A stretch of DNA of 27,782 nt from Desulfobacterales bacterium (GCA_020347085.1 CP070769.1:2290595-2318376); one strand, 5' to 3'; counted from the stretch's first letter, positions 7,338 to 17,234 are shown. Program-made: numbers and translations. Notes: a model not told the origin generated them from the sequence alone.

Positions 7338-8687
7338 TTACTTCCGGTCCACTAGAAAAATGCGCACGTCCATCACATTAGTCCTGGTAGGTCCTGTCAT
7401 CAGCAGGTCCTTCAACGCTTCGAAGAAGGGATACGCATCGTTTCGGCGCAAGTAATCATACGGATCAAGGCCCTTTCCACGGGCGCGCTCCACGGTGTGA
7501 CCATCAGCAATTGCACCAGCTGCATCCGTCGGCCCATCGGTTCCATCTGTCCCCCCACTCAGAACAATCACATCTCTTTCTCCAGCCAGAGCAATGGCTG
7601 AAGCCAGCGCGAATTCTTGGTTTCGACCTCCTCGACCTTGTCCTTGCAGGGTAACCGTCGTCTCCCCACCGGACAAGATGCAGGCAGGGAGTGGTATAGG
7701 ATTTTCCGAATCACGTATCTCTTTGGCAATAGCTGCATGGACTTTGGCGACCTCCCGCGTTTCCCCCTCGATCCTTGCAGACAAGATCAACGCCCTGTAA
7801 CCTAAAAGTTGTGCCTCCTTGCTGGCAGCTATGAGTGCCTGAAGATTAGTTCCTACAAGTTGCCAGGACGAATGTTCGAAAGCAGGATCTTTGGGCTTAG
7901 GAGTTTCTGCTATTTCTCCCCTCTCCCCCTTGTCTACCCGGTCACGAACAGATGGAGGGACACGATCCCATATCTTGTAACGCTTCAGTACTTCTACAAC
8001 ATCTTTAAACGTACTGGAATCGGGAACCGTAGGTCCGGAAGCGATCACATCCAGATCATCGCCCACAACGTCTGAGAGCACAAGGCTGACTACAGTGGCC
8101 GGATAGGCCAAACGCGCCAACCCACCCCCCTTAACCCTGGAAAGGTGCTTACGCACAGTGTTGATCTCGTGAATGGTCGCCCCACAGGCCAGAAGAAGCT
8201 GTGTGACCTTCTGTTTGTCCTCCAGGGTTATCCCTTCAGCGGGGGCCACGAGAAGGGCGGATCCGCCTCCCGACATCACGCATATGATCAGATCAGCCCG
8301 CCCTGCATGTTCTACGAGAGAAAGGAGCTCCTCGGTCCCCTGAACGCCTCGTGCATTAGGAACCGGATGGCTGGCTTCCCTTACCTGGACCTTTCGGAGA
8401 GAAAGTCCATGTCCTTCTTTGACTACAATGACCCCGTCTTCAATTCTGTCTCTGAGAAGGCTCTCGAGGGCCTTTGCCATGGGGGCGTCTGCCTTGCCAG
8501 CACCGACCACGAAGACTCTGTCATAGTCCGTGAGCTTGAATTGTCGCTCACCAATCGACAGGGTGTCATCCTGAAACTTGACGTGCCGAAGGATCGCTTC
8601 CTCTGGATCGACTGCCCGAAGGGCAGCCTGAAAAATGTCATGGGCCTCACGACGCATTCTGTCCAAGGTTGACTCACTCTTCGCCAT
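7338..8687 (-). CDS. Glycerate kinase class II (TtuD/GckA/MOFRL family, glycerate 2-kinase-like)
   Basis: VVGAGKA, ASHPVP, SGGGSAL, NTVRKHLSRVKGG, SDVVGDDLDVIASGPT, GGETTV, GGRNQE, GTDGTDGPT, TGPTRTNVMD. Confidence 0.92.
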   Translation of the reverse strand: MAKSESTLDRMRREAHDIFQAALRAVDPEEAILRHVKFQDDTLSIGERQFKLTDYDRVFVVGAGKADAPMAKALESLLRDRIEDGVIVVKEGHGLSLRKVQVREASHPVPNARGVQGTEELLSLVEHAGRADLIICVMSGGGSALLVAPAEGITLEDKQKVTQLLLACGATIHEINTVRKHLSRVKGGGLARLAYPATVVSLVLSDVVGDDLDVIASGPTVPDSSTFKDVVEVLKRYKIWDRVPPSVRDRVDKGERGEIAETPKPKDPAFEHSSWQLVGTNLQALIAASKEAQLLGYRALILSARIEGETREVAKVHAAIAKEIRDSENPIPLPACILSGGETTVTLQGQGRGGRNQEFALASAIALAGERDVIVLSGGTDGTDGPTDAAGAIADGHTVERARGKGLDPYDYLRRNDAYPFFEALKDLLMTGPTRTNVMDVRIFLVDRK

Positions 8688-8730
8688 GGCACCGCTCCTT
8701 TCAGCTATCTATCATGACTAGACGTTTTGT

Positions 8731-10656
8731 CTAGAGATCTTCACACTTGAGGAAGACGACTCCGAGGGGAGGTAACGTTACTGTTAGGGTGTGGGGACGG
8801 CCGTGATGTGAGACAGGAGTTGCCTCAATTCGTCCAAGATTACCGATGCCACTCCCTCCATAATCTTCGGCATCGCTGTTTAGTATCTCCTGCCAAAAGC
8901 CCTCCCTGGGCGCACCGACTCGATAATCGAAGCGGGGCACAGGTGTGAAATTGCACACAATGATTATCACATCGTCACTCCCGTGTCCCTTGCGCATCAG
9001 GCTAAGCGTGCTCTGCATTGCGTCGTTGCAATCGATCCACTCAAAGCCGCCGCCGTCAAAATCAAGTTGATGCAGGGCCGGTTCGTTTTGATAGGCGCGA
9101 TTCAGATCACCAACCCAACGCTGGAGACCTGCATGAAGAGGATAATCGAGGAGGTGCCAGTCCAAACCAGTCTCGTGATACCACTCACTCCACTGGCCGA
9201 ACTCCCCGCCCATAAAAAGAAGCTTTTTGCCCGGCTGCGCATACATGTAGCCAAACAGAAGCCGCAGATTGGCAAACTTCTGCCAGTCATCTCCCGGCAT
9301 CTTTGCCAGAAGGGAGCCCTTTCCGTGAACCACCTCATCGTGAGAAAGCGGAAGAATGAAATTTTCATGAAACGCATAGAGCATGCGAAATGTCAGCTTG
9401 TTGTGATGGTATGTTCTATGAACAGGGTCATTTGACATGTACTCCAGTGTGTCGTGCATCCAACCCATGTCCCACTTCATGCCAAAGCCAAGACCGCCCA
9501 CGTACGTGGGACGTGACACCATGGGCCACGCTGTGGACTCCTCCGCCACAGTCTGCACCTGCGGATAGCCTTTGTATACCTCCTGGTTGAAGCGCCGAAG
9601 AAAGTCAATGGCTTCAATATTCTCCTTTCCACCATATTTATTTGGAATCCACTCGTCTTCATTCCGACCGTAGTCCAAGTAAAGCATGGAGGCGACAGCA
9701 TCTACCCGGAAGCCGTCCACGTGATACTTATCAAGCCAAAACAGGGCACTGCTGATCAGAAAGCTTCGTATCTCATTGCGACCGTAGTTGAAGATAAGGC
9801 TGTCCCAATCCGGATGGATGCGCTGATTAGGGTCCGAGTGCTCAAAGAGGTGGGTACCATCGAAGAAGCCAAGGCCGTACTCATCACTTGGAAAGTGCGA
9901 TGGGACCCAATCCAGGATGACTCCAATGCCCCTTTGGTGCAGACACTCGATCAGGTACATAAAATCCTGTGGCTGCCCATATCTGCTCGTGGGAGCAAAG
10001 TACCCTACGCACTGATAGCCCCAAGAGCCGTAGAAGGGGTGCTCCATCACCGGAAGGAACTGAACATGTGTAAAGCCCATATTACCCGCATATTCAGCCA
10101 GCTTTGGAGCCAGTTCCCGATAAGAAAGTGAGCGATTTCCCTCCTCTGCAACCCGCATCCAAGAACCAAGATGCACCTCGTAGATAGCCATGGGCGCTTC
10201 GGCGCGGTTTTGGTCACCTCTGTTGTTCATCCAATCCTGGTCATGCCAGTCGTAACTCAGATCCCAAACAACGGAAGCTGTCTTGGGAGGCACCTCACTA
10301 AAAAAAGCAAAGGGGTCAGCCTTCTCCACCCGGTAGCCGGCGTAGCGGGATTGAATATGATACTTGTATGCTGCGCTAGCGCCGAGATTGGGAATGAAGC
10401 CTTGCCAAATTCCTGACTGTCCCTTGGGGCGCAGTTGGTGGCTGTCCTTGTTCCAGTCATTGAAATCTCCCATAACGCATAGCCTCTCAGCATCTGGCGC
10501 CCATACAGCAAAGTAAATTCCCTCGATGCCATCGTGCGATGCCAGGTGAGCACCCATTTTCTCATAAAGATGAAAATGGCTCCCTTCGTTAAAAAGGTAG
10601 AGGTCGTCATTGGATAGGAGGCTAAAATCGTAAAATACCGTGTGTTGAGAAGTCAT
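8731..10656 (-). CDS. glgB: 1,4-alpha-glucan branching enzyme (GH13)
   Basis: FAVWAP, IYEVHLGSW, SWGYQ, DWVPSHFP, DGFRVDAVASMLY, AEESTAWP, KWDMGWMHD, LSHDEVVHGKGSL. Confidence 0.97.
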   Translation of the reverse strand: MTSQHTVFYDFSLLSNDDLYLFNEGSHFHLYEKMGAHLASHDGIEGIYFAVWAPDAERLCVMGDFNDWNKDSHQLRPKGQSGIWQGFIPNLGASAAYKYHIQSRYAGYRVEKADPFAFFSEVPPKTASVVWDLSYDWHDQDWMNNRGDQNRAEAPMAIYEVHLGSWMRVAEEGNRSLSYRELAPKLAEYAGNMGFTHVQFLPVMEHPFYGSWGYQCVGYFAPTSRYGQPQDFMYLIECLHQRGIGVILDWVPSHFPSDEYGLGFFDGTHLFEHSDPNQRIHPDWDSLIFNYGRNEIRSFLISSALFWLDKYHVDGFRVDAVASMLYLDYGRNEDEWIPNKYGGKENIEAIDFLRRFNQEVYKGYPQVQTVAEESTAWPMVSRPTYVGGLGFGMKWDMGWMHDTLEYMSNDPVHRTYHHNKLTFRMLYAFHENFILPLSHDEVVHGKGSLLAKMPGDDWQKFANLRLLFGYMYAQPGKKLLFMGGEFGQWSEWYHETGLDWHLLDYPLHAGLQRWVGDLNRAYQNEPALHQLDFDGGGFEWIDCNDAMQSTLSLMRKGHGSDDVIIIVCNFTPVPRFDYRVGAPREGFWQEILNSDAEDYGGSGIGNLGRIEATPVSHHGRPHTLTVTLPPLGVVFLKCEDL

Positions 10657-10661
10657 TCTTC

Positions 10662-12131
10662 CTAGGCTCCCTTAAATAGTGATCGATAGAGTTCCAGGTA
10701 GCTCTTGGCAGACCGATCCCAGGAAAAGTCCGCCTTCATCCCGTTTGCCATGAGTGTCTTCCAAGCTCTGTAATCATTGAAGAGCTTTACGGCCTGTTGG
10801 ATAGTCTCAAACAACGTCTTCGCCTCATACGGTTCAAACTTGAATCCATTGCCCTCTCCCGTCTCTGGATCAAACGGGACAATCGTGTCGTCTAATCCGC
10901 CTGTGGCACGCACTACAGGCACTGTTCCGTACCTCAAGGCATACATCTGGGTCAAGCCACAGGGCTCATATTGAGACGGAACAAGAAAAATGTCCGCCCC
11001 CGCCATGATACGATGTGCCAGCGGCTCATCAAAGCCGATCTTTATCCCCATGTGTCCGGAATGTCGATCAGCCGCCTCTTGAATAGCTTCTTGAATTTCC
11101 TCATCCCCTAAACCCAAAACCACGAGGCCTAAGTCTAATGCCAGGATTTCATCCAGAATCTGCACCAGCAAATCAAGTCCCTTCTGCGCGCTGAGTCGGG
11201 AAATCATCCCCAAAACTGGCCGGTTCATGAGAGTAAGATCAAGGTTCATTTCCTTTATCAAGAATTCCTTGGAACGCTTTTTTCCAGCCAGCTTTTCGAG
11301 GGAGTAATTGGCTGGCACGTGGGTATCAGTTTGCGGACTCCACAAGCCGTAGTCAACCCCGTTCAGTATTCCGTGCAAAAAAGTTCTTCGGTGGTGAAGG
11401 ATACCCTCCATGCCCATACCGTATTCAGAAGTCTGAATCTCTCGGCTATACTTCGGGCTTACGGTTGTGATGGCATCGGAGTACATGATGCCCGCTTTCA
11501 ACAGACTGATGTTGCCCCAGTATTCAATGCCTCCTGGATGCAACTCGCTGGATGGAAGACTGCAGGTGGGTAATCTCTCTCTCGGAAAGATGCCCTGGTA
11601 TCCTATGTTGTGAATTGTAAACACAGAAACAGCGGCTGAGAAGAAGGAATCCGTCTTGTAGAGTGTTTTGAGATAGGCAGGAACCAATCCAGTCTGCCAG
11701 TCATGGCAGTGGACGACGTCAAAATCAAAGTCCACCTCTCTGGCAAAAAGGAGAGCAGCACGACAAAAATATGTGAATCGCTCCAAGTTGTCATAGTAGT
11801 CACCTTCCGGGGTGCCATACAAATTTGGTCGATCAAAAAGGTCTTCCCGTTCGAAGAAATAGACGGGGAGCCCGTCTTCAGTCTCTGTCTCGAGTACATC
11901 CCCTCGTAGGATGAGGTGTCCAAGGGGGACCTCGAGGCGCTCTGAAGCTATTCTAGTCGCGATACCCTTTTCTTTGATCATGCGGTAATAAGGAAGCCCA
12001 ATCCTGACGTCTGCTCCCAGTCTGTGCAAGGCACTGGGCAGGGAGCCTGCTACGTCTGCCAGCCCACCGGTCTTTGCAAAAGGAACTACCTCAGGCGCGA
12101 GAAAGAGAACTTTGAGTGTATCTTTGACCAT
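10662..12131 (-). CDS. glgA: Glycogen synthase (GT5)
   Basis: KTGGLADV, HCHDWQTG, TIHNIGYQG, ITTVSPKY, GILNGVD, PSQYEPCGLTQMYA, TGGLDDT. Confidence 0.97.
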   Translation of the reverse strand: MVKDTLKVLFLAPEVVPFAKTGGLADVAGSLPSALHRLGADVRIGLPYYRMIKEKGIATRIASERLEVPLGHLILRGDVLETETEDGLPVYFFEREDLFDRPNLYGTPEGDYYDNLERFTYFCRAALLFAREVDFDFDVVHCHDWQTGLVPAYLKTLYKTDSFFSAAVSVFTIHNIGYQGIFPRERLPTCSLPSSELHPGGIEYWGNISLLKAGIMYSDAITTVSPKYSREIQTSEYGMGMEGILHHRRTFLHGILNGVDYGLWSPQTDTHVPANYSLEKLAGKKRSKEFLIKEMNLDLTLMNRPVLGMISRLSAQKGLDLLVQILDEILALDLGLVVLGLGDEEIQEAIQEAADRHSGHMGIKIGFDEPLAHRIMAGADIFLVPSQYEPCGLTQMYALRYGTVPVVRATGGLDDTIVPFDPETGEGNGFKFEPYEAKTLFETIQQAVKLFNDYRAWKTLMANGMKADFSWDRSAKSYLELYRSLFKGA

Positions 12132-12248
12132 GCATCCTCCATGTCAATTTCTTATAGCCATACTCTCTCTTGAAATGAACTGCCATTGCAACAACTAGCA
12201 TGCACTGAAACCAAGATAGCCATGCGACCACGTGCGTGCGGCCAGCGG

Positions 12249-13616
12249 TTATCTGACATAAAGCCCCTTTTCCTTTTCCACAACGTCAATGATGTCATAG
12301 AGAATGTTTGGCATTTTTCGCTCAACCCTCTCCCAAGAGACCGTGTGGGGCGTTTCAAAGAGTTGGTCTCGCGTCTTGCGGGCTGTTGCGGAAATTGCCT
12401 GTAACAAGCCAGAGGCTACAAAGGGTTCGAAGGCTTCATGGCTTCCCACAAAAGTACTAAACCGGTCCGCAAGTCGATAAGGCGAAACCAGCAGATCCCC
12501 AGCATACAGGATCGCATCTTTCACTACACTGTGAACGACTGCCTCTTCCGCGTTGGCTTCATACTCTAAGCCGGAAAAGGCAGCATTTTCGGCATACATT
12601 TTGATGAGGTTATCCGCTACGTCCAAATAGGTGACTGTTAGATCTCGCATGAAATGATCCGAAATCTCCAACCCTTCCTCGATAACCAAGGCACTCAAGA
12701 GTGTCGTCACAATATCGACTACCATTTTGTGGAGGCCTTTTTCCCTGTCTGCTTCTGACACCGATTGATGTTTATGATCGAAGGAGCCATGAGAAATTTC
12801 CACTTGAGCGACATTCGTTGCCTTGCGAAAGACTTCTATAAGCGTGAAGATCTCCACTCCCCAGTTCATGGCAAAATGCATACGTTTGAGCAGGTTAACG
12901 TCAAAAACGACTTCTCCTGAAAGCTGGTAGTTAAAATTCAGCAGATAATCGACCAGTCGCAAGATTTTTTCTTCTTTGGTATCCGTGAATTTTCGTTTGA
13001 GCGCAATAAGCAAAGGGTCAAGCAACAGCCTTTTTACCCGGCCGTATATCTGTCCGTCCTTCAGACGAGCGTAGAAAGCTTTAGAGAATTGATAATTCAG
13101 GACTTGGACCGGATAGAAAAGCCGATCCAGATGCTCTCGCCGGAAAGTGCGGATATCCGCATCAAGGAGACCCACACTTCGGGCGCCTAAGGCGATTGCG
13201 ATGCCAAAGGAAAGGAACATATTTTTTCCTTTCCCTCGCACAGCAAGGTTAAACCCAGCCTGTGACAACTTGTCATAAATGGCGGAAAAACCAGGGCCGT
13301 CATTGTGCTGGATGAGGCAATTCTTTAACTCGTAGCGATCAAGAAGGCGAGCCAGTTCCCGGACGTCGTCCGTGTCAGCCTGGTCCAGTCCAAGAATAAT
13401 TCGAGAAAGGTAAGAAGCGGAGCGGAGCTGTCTGAGAATATTTTCAAAGACCGGTCGGTTTTCAGGATCCATGTACTCGGATGCCAGAAGAGGCATAACA
13501 AGTACGGCTTTTTTCCACTTTGAGTGGTGACGGAGCTCTGATTTCAAGTGGGGATTAGATTTCGTAAGAAGGTAAAAAGCTGTAATTTTAGTGTGTTTTT
13601 GAGCAAAATTCGACAT
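12249..13616 (-). CDS. gpgS: Glucosyl-3-phosphoglycerate synthase-like glycosyltransferase (GT-A fold, 455 aa)
   Basis: GKGKN, DADI (DxD), RLFYP, KAFYAR, GRVKRLLLDPLL, YQLSGE, WGVEI match the GpgS-type pattern. Sugar donor (glucosyl vs mannosyl) cannot be proven from sequence. Confidence 0.72.
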   Translation of the reverse strand: MSNFAQKHTKITAFYLLTKSNPHLKSELRHHSKWKKAVLVMPLLASEYMDPENRPVFENILRQLRSASYLSRIILGLDQADTDDVRELARLLDRYELKNCLIQHNDGPGFSAIYDKLSQAGFNLAVRGKGKNMFLSFGIAIALGARSVGLLDADIRTFRREHLDRLFYPVQVLNYQFSKAFYARLKDGQIYGRVKRLLLDPLLIALKRKFTDTKEEKILRLVDYLLNFNYQLSGEVVFDVNLLKRMHFAMNWGVEIFTLIEVFRKATNVAQVEISHGSFDHKHQSVSEADREKGLHKMVVDIVTTLLSALVIEEGLEISDHFMRDLTVTYLDVADNLIKMYAENAAFSGLEYEANAEEAVVHSVVKDAILYAGDLLVSPYRLADRFSTFVGSHEAFEPFVASGLLQAISATARKTRDQLFETPHTVSWERVERKMPNILYDIIDVVEKEKGLYVR

Positions 13617-13619
13617 GGG

Positions 13620-14870
13620 TTATCTCCTTTGGTAATCATGTGCGTCATAGATTTTTGCGAGGTAGTCCTTTTGGTCTTCAAACACCTGAGCCTGTTCCTC
13701 CACTACTTCTTCAGCCTGGACTGAACTCATTTTTTTGGTCTGGTTGATGAAAGAAGCAACACGACCAAGATAGAGTGGGGTAATGAGGTTTACGAGTTGC
13801 GTCCTGTTGAGAGTCCAGGCATGGAAGGTTGCTGCGGTCTCATAAAGAACCATGACCCAAGTCTGTACGGGCATGACAAACTTGGTCTTCGCTTTGGCAG
13901 CGCACTTCTTGAGTTCTTCGTAACAATCGGAGCAAAATATGCTCTTGTAGAGACCCTTAAACTGACGGAAGCCTGTCTTGTACTCTGTAACCAATCGGCC
14001 TAGGTCAATCTGGATTGGCTCCGGTTCCTTGAAATCCTCAAGTCCAAACATGGGCACGGTCCGGCTACCTCGCACAGCCTTCCAGTAATCCTCATGCTCT
14101 TCCATAAGTACAAAAAGGGTGTGAACCACCTGGCGAAACATAGGCCCCAGTGACTCAGCGGGATCCTTGGCGTCATGTATCTTAACGCCCAGGTTGGACT
14201 GACAGATTCTAAAGTTGCTGACTATGGCGTTGGTGGTCATCCAGATGTCAATGCCATAGCGAGATACGTCCGTTTCCCATACATCCTGTTCAATATAATA
14301 TGACGCCAATTCGCCTACGAAAGCAAAGTCCCCGCCAATGGGCTGACGGATTCGGAGACCGTAAAGAGCACGAGTTAAATTGTAAACGATATTGTTGGTG
14401 ATCGTCCCATCATACTTGTAGCGAGAATATACGGGGGAAACGTATTGGAAGCCCTTTTTCAGGATCGGCTCCAAAAGATATTTAACCCAATCGCTGGTAA
14501 TGGAACGCAAGTCTGAGTCAACGACCATGCAGGCTTTCACCTTGAGACGCTTGGCCGCTTCGAAGATGGACCGAAAAGCAGAACCCTTGCCGCCGGGTCC
14601 TCGGTAGATAGACACGATCTTTTCCTGCCAAGGCTTGATCTGGAATTCCTTGGTTACCTCCCGCGTGTCGTCCGTAGAACCCCCGTCTGCGACCATGATG
14701 ACAGATCGCAAATCCTTGTAGTGTTTGTGAAGCCCATGCGTCACCATCTGGAGTACGTGCATAATAGTTGCCTGGTTGTTGTAACAAGGGATACCTACGA
14801 GGATATCCGCCACCTCAACTTCTTCTATCCTCTTTGAAGTATAGGCCCTCAGTCCCGTGTCGTAACGCAT
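13620..14870 (-). CDS. Glucosylglycerate synthase (Ggs)-like / mannosylglycerate synthase-related glycosyltransferase (416 aa)
   Basis: VGIPCYNN, DGGSTDDT, GKGSAF, VDSDLRSI (DxD), RYKYDGTITN, RQPIGGDF, YGIDIWMTT. The QPxGGD/E and GID motifs are shared with single-step glycosylglycerate synthases. Confidence 0.72.
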   Translation of the reverse strand: MRYDTGLRAYTSKRIEEVEVADILVGIPCYNNQATIMHVLQMVTHGLHKHYKDLRSVIMVADGGSTDDTREVTKEFQIKPWQEKIVSIYRGPGGKGSAFRSIFEAAKRLKVKACMVVDSDLRSITSDWVKYLLEPILKKGFQYVSPVYSRYKYDGTITNNIVYNLTRALYGLRIRQPIGGDFAFVGELASYYIEQDVWETDVSRYGIDIWMTTNAIVSNFRICQSNLGVKIHDAKDPAESLGPMFRQVVHTLFVLMEEHEDYWKAVRGSRTVPMFGLEDFKEPEPIQIDLGRLVTEYKTGFRQFKGLYKSIFCSDCYEELKKCAAKAKTKFVMPVQTWVMVLYETAATFHAWTLNRTQLVNLITPLYLGRVASFINQTKKMSSVQAEEVVEEQAQVFEDQKDYLAKIYDAHDYQRR

Positions 14871-14886
14871 TGCTTATCGCCTCCTT

Positions 14887-14910
14887 ACTATCAACCTAAC
14901 TATCAACCTA
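14887..14910. repeat. Perfect 12-bp tandem duplication ACTATCAACCTA x2
   Basis: Copies at 14887-14898 and 14899-14910, directly upstream of the AAGGAG SD of the Ggs-like gene. Confidence 0.85.
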
Positions 14911-15308
14911 CTTAGGGACCATCCGTGAATCAGGCGGTTTTCTTTACACGGTTGGAAAGATGGTTTGTCATATTACCGAATCTCAAACGTATTTCAAGAG
15001 TAATAGAGCCCGTCGTAGCCGATTTTGAATTTCTTTTTTGGCCATCCAGCATTGCTGATAAGGTGGTCACTGAGTCTGGATGCTCCGAATTTCCGGGACA
15101 TGAACCTCGGTAGGCCACGACTGGCATCTGTCAGACTTGCGGGTTTGTTATCCTGGTGGACGTAGATGCATTCTTTAGCAAGCCCTGTCAACGCTCAGTC
15201 ACGGGTCCTCCCTTGACGCCTAAGCTGTTTGGCTCTATATTGACACAATGACGTCAGCGGACCCCATTGGTTCCGATGGATAATCTTCATAAACTTTTAA
15301 AAAGCTAC

Positions 15309-15344
15309 TGAAGCTCCCTACAGTCCCGATATATCGGGACTGTA
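15309..15344 (+). repeat. Hairpin element, partial copy D
   Basis: TGAAGCTCCC followed by a perfect 26-bp palindrome TACAGTCCCGATATATCGGGACTGTA (15319-15344). Lacks the 3' tail. Confidence 0.75.
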
Positions 15345-15483
15345 AGAAAGTTTACCATTTTTGGATTGTTTCCATCCCCTTGCTCAGCAAGGGCATACAA
15401 ACTTAAACCATAGCACTTCATGCTTCTTTGTTTTGTGGCTTGCAGCCTCTCAACAAAGCCACCTGACACATGTGGTTATTTAG

Positions 15484-15547
15484 GCGCTCGCTACCCCTGC
15501 AGTCCTGATGAATCGGGACAGGGAATGTGCTCGCTGTTCCAGTTCAA
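15484..15547 (+). repeat. Hairpin element, copy B (subtype with 5' GCGCTCGC)
   Basis: GCGCTCGCTACCCCTGCA-GTCCTGAT-GA-ATCGGGAC-AGGGAATGTGCTCGCTGTTCCAGTTCAA; ends 23 nt before the mscS ATG. Confidence 0.85.
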
Positions 15548-15570
15548 TCCAAAAGAATGGAGGCACAGCA

Positions 15571-16950
15571 ATGAAGGTTAAGCGTGTTCTCTGGGTGCTA
15601 CTCCTGCTGACCGTTTTTTTTGAATTGACCGGCCCACACACACTGTTGAGCCAAACTGAAATCCAGCCAGAGGGAACGGAGGCTGTCAGCCAGCCGGCGG
15701 CCGACCATGAGCCTGCCACAACTCCTATCAAGACGACAAAAATTGGTGAAGCTGGCAAGAAGATAGGCAAAGGGATCGACCGACTCGGTGAGAAGGCTTC
15801 TTCACACCTGGGAAGTTGGATCAATACAAAGGTCTTTGCAGGCATTACGTGGCTGAAACTCAGTGTTTGTCTCCTCCTGGTCTTTTCCGTACTCCTTGCG
15901 GAGCGTATCGTGGGATGGATGGTCAACGCACAAATCCGTCGATTCGCCCCACAGGAGGGGGCTGTTTCCTGGAAAAGTTTACTGCTCTCTGCTCTCTCCA
16001 GGCCTCTTTCCCTCTTTATCTGGGCCTACGGAATATACTGGGCTATCTCGCCCTTGTTTATCCATTTCCGAACCCCAGAGGGGGCTAATCTTGTCGAGCT
16101 TGTATCTCAGAAAGCGGCCAATATGGCAGGCGCTTTCGCCATTCTTTGGTTCATCTATCGCCTGATTGCCATAGTAGACGTCCAGATCAAGAAATGGGCA
16201 GCTTCTACGGAAAGCACCATAGATGATGTGCTAGCGCCTCTTGTAGGGAAAACTCTCCGTGTCTTCATCATTGTGATCGGAGGCATTATCATCATTCAGA
16301 ACTTAACTGGGATAAAAATAGGCCCTTTGCTTGCCTCTCTGGGAATAGGTGGTCTGGCAGTGGCATTGGCTGCGAGAGAACCTATTGCGAACTTCTTTGG
16401 TACACTGACGATCCTGTTTGACAAGCCCTTCCAAGTGGGGGAAAGAATCGTCGTTGACAACCACGATGGCGTCGTAGAATCGGTCGGGTTTAGGAGTTCT
16501 CGGATTCGGACGTTGAACGGCCACCTGGTTTCTATTCCAAATGAAAAGATAGTCAATTCCAATGTAGAAAACATTGGCCAAAGGCCTTACATCCGTTGGC
16601 TGACCAACATCACGATCACCTACGACACAGCGCCGGACAAAGTTGAAAAGGCCGTTCAAATCATCCGGGAAATCCTCGAAAACCATGAAGGCATGAAAGA
16701 GGATTTTCCTCCAAGGGTATTCTTTAACGGCTTCAATGATTGGAGCCTTAACATCTTAGTCATTGCCTGGTATCATTCGCCCGACTACTGGGCCTACCAG
16801 GGCTGGCTGCAAAAAACGTGTCTCGAAATCATGCACAGGTTTGAAGCGGAAGGCATTGAGTTTGCATTTCCAACCCATACGGTCTATGTGGCGAACGACG
16901 ATAAACGGCAACTCAAACTGCAAATGTTGGCAGGGAAAAAGGTCGTATAG
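15571..16950 (+). CDS. mscS: MscS-family mechanosensitive channel (459 aa, extended N-terminal membrane region)
   Basis: LLASLGIGGLAVALAA, ANFFG, DKPFQVGERI, VESVGFRSSRIRT, IPNEKI, GIEFAFPT. Start moved to ATG 15571 (SD GGAGG); the track start at 15508 lies inside repeat B. Confidence 0.93.
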   Translation: MKVKRVLWVLLLLTVFFELTGPHTLLSQTEIQPEGTEAVSQPAADHEPATTPIKTTKIGEAGKKIGKGIDRLGEKASSHLGSWINTKVFAGITWLKLSVCLLLVFSVLLAERIVGWMVNAQIRRFAPQEGAVSWKSLLLSALSRPLSLFIWAYGIYWAISPLFIHFRTPEGANLVELVSQKAANMAGAFAILWFIYRLIAIVDVQIKKWAASTESTIDDVLAPLVGKTLRVFIIVIGGIIIIQNLTGIKIGPLLASLGIGGLAVALAAREPIANFFGTLTILFDKPFQVGERIVVDNHDGVVESVGFRSSRIRTLNGHLVSIPNEKIVNSNVENIGQRPYIRWLTNITITYDTAPDKVEKAVQIIREILENHEGMKEDFPPRVFFNGFNDWSLNILVIAWYHSPDYWAYQGWLQKTCLEIMHRFEAEGIEFAFPTHTVYVANDDKRQLKLQMLAGKKVV

Positions 16951-17168
16951 CCGGTCAAATCTTGACGTTCCGTTGAAGGACCCCAAACATGACGCAAATG
17001 CCTCCCCTTGGCTTTCCGGAGTGTACATCCCTTGTGTGGCAATTCGCGTAACCCCACTTCATTATATTACTGCCATTTTCCTCCACCCCACGTAGGCCAT
17101 TGGTCACTTTTCATGACTCTTTCACGTCTTGAACCGCCATACCCTTGTTGAGACCAAGCGACCGTAAG

Positions 17169-17229
17169 TTGAAGCTCCCTGCAGTCTTGACAAGTCAGGA
17201 CGGAGAATGCGCTCGCTGTTGCAGTTCAT
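17169..17229 (+). repeat. 61-nt hairpin element, copy C
   Basis: TTGAAGCTCCCTGCA-GTCTTGAC-AA-GTCAGGAC-GGAGAATGCGCTCGCTGTTGCAGTTCAT; the stem has compensatory changes relative to copy A. Confidence 0.85.
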
Positions 17230-17234
17230 TCACG

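Noticed and set aside
14900-15210. Possible pseudogene upstream of the Ggs-like gene (GGAGG SD, 65-aa ORF 14994-15191)
   Set aside because: It needs a frameshift and two stop read-throughs, and no family (including the missing phosphatase) is recognisable. A tBLASTx search would settle it.
15508-15570. Track start of mscS
   Set aside because: Lies inside repeat copy B. ATG 15571 has the SD and precedes a signal-like hydrophobic segment.
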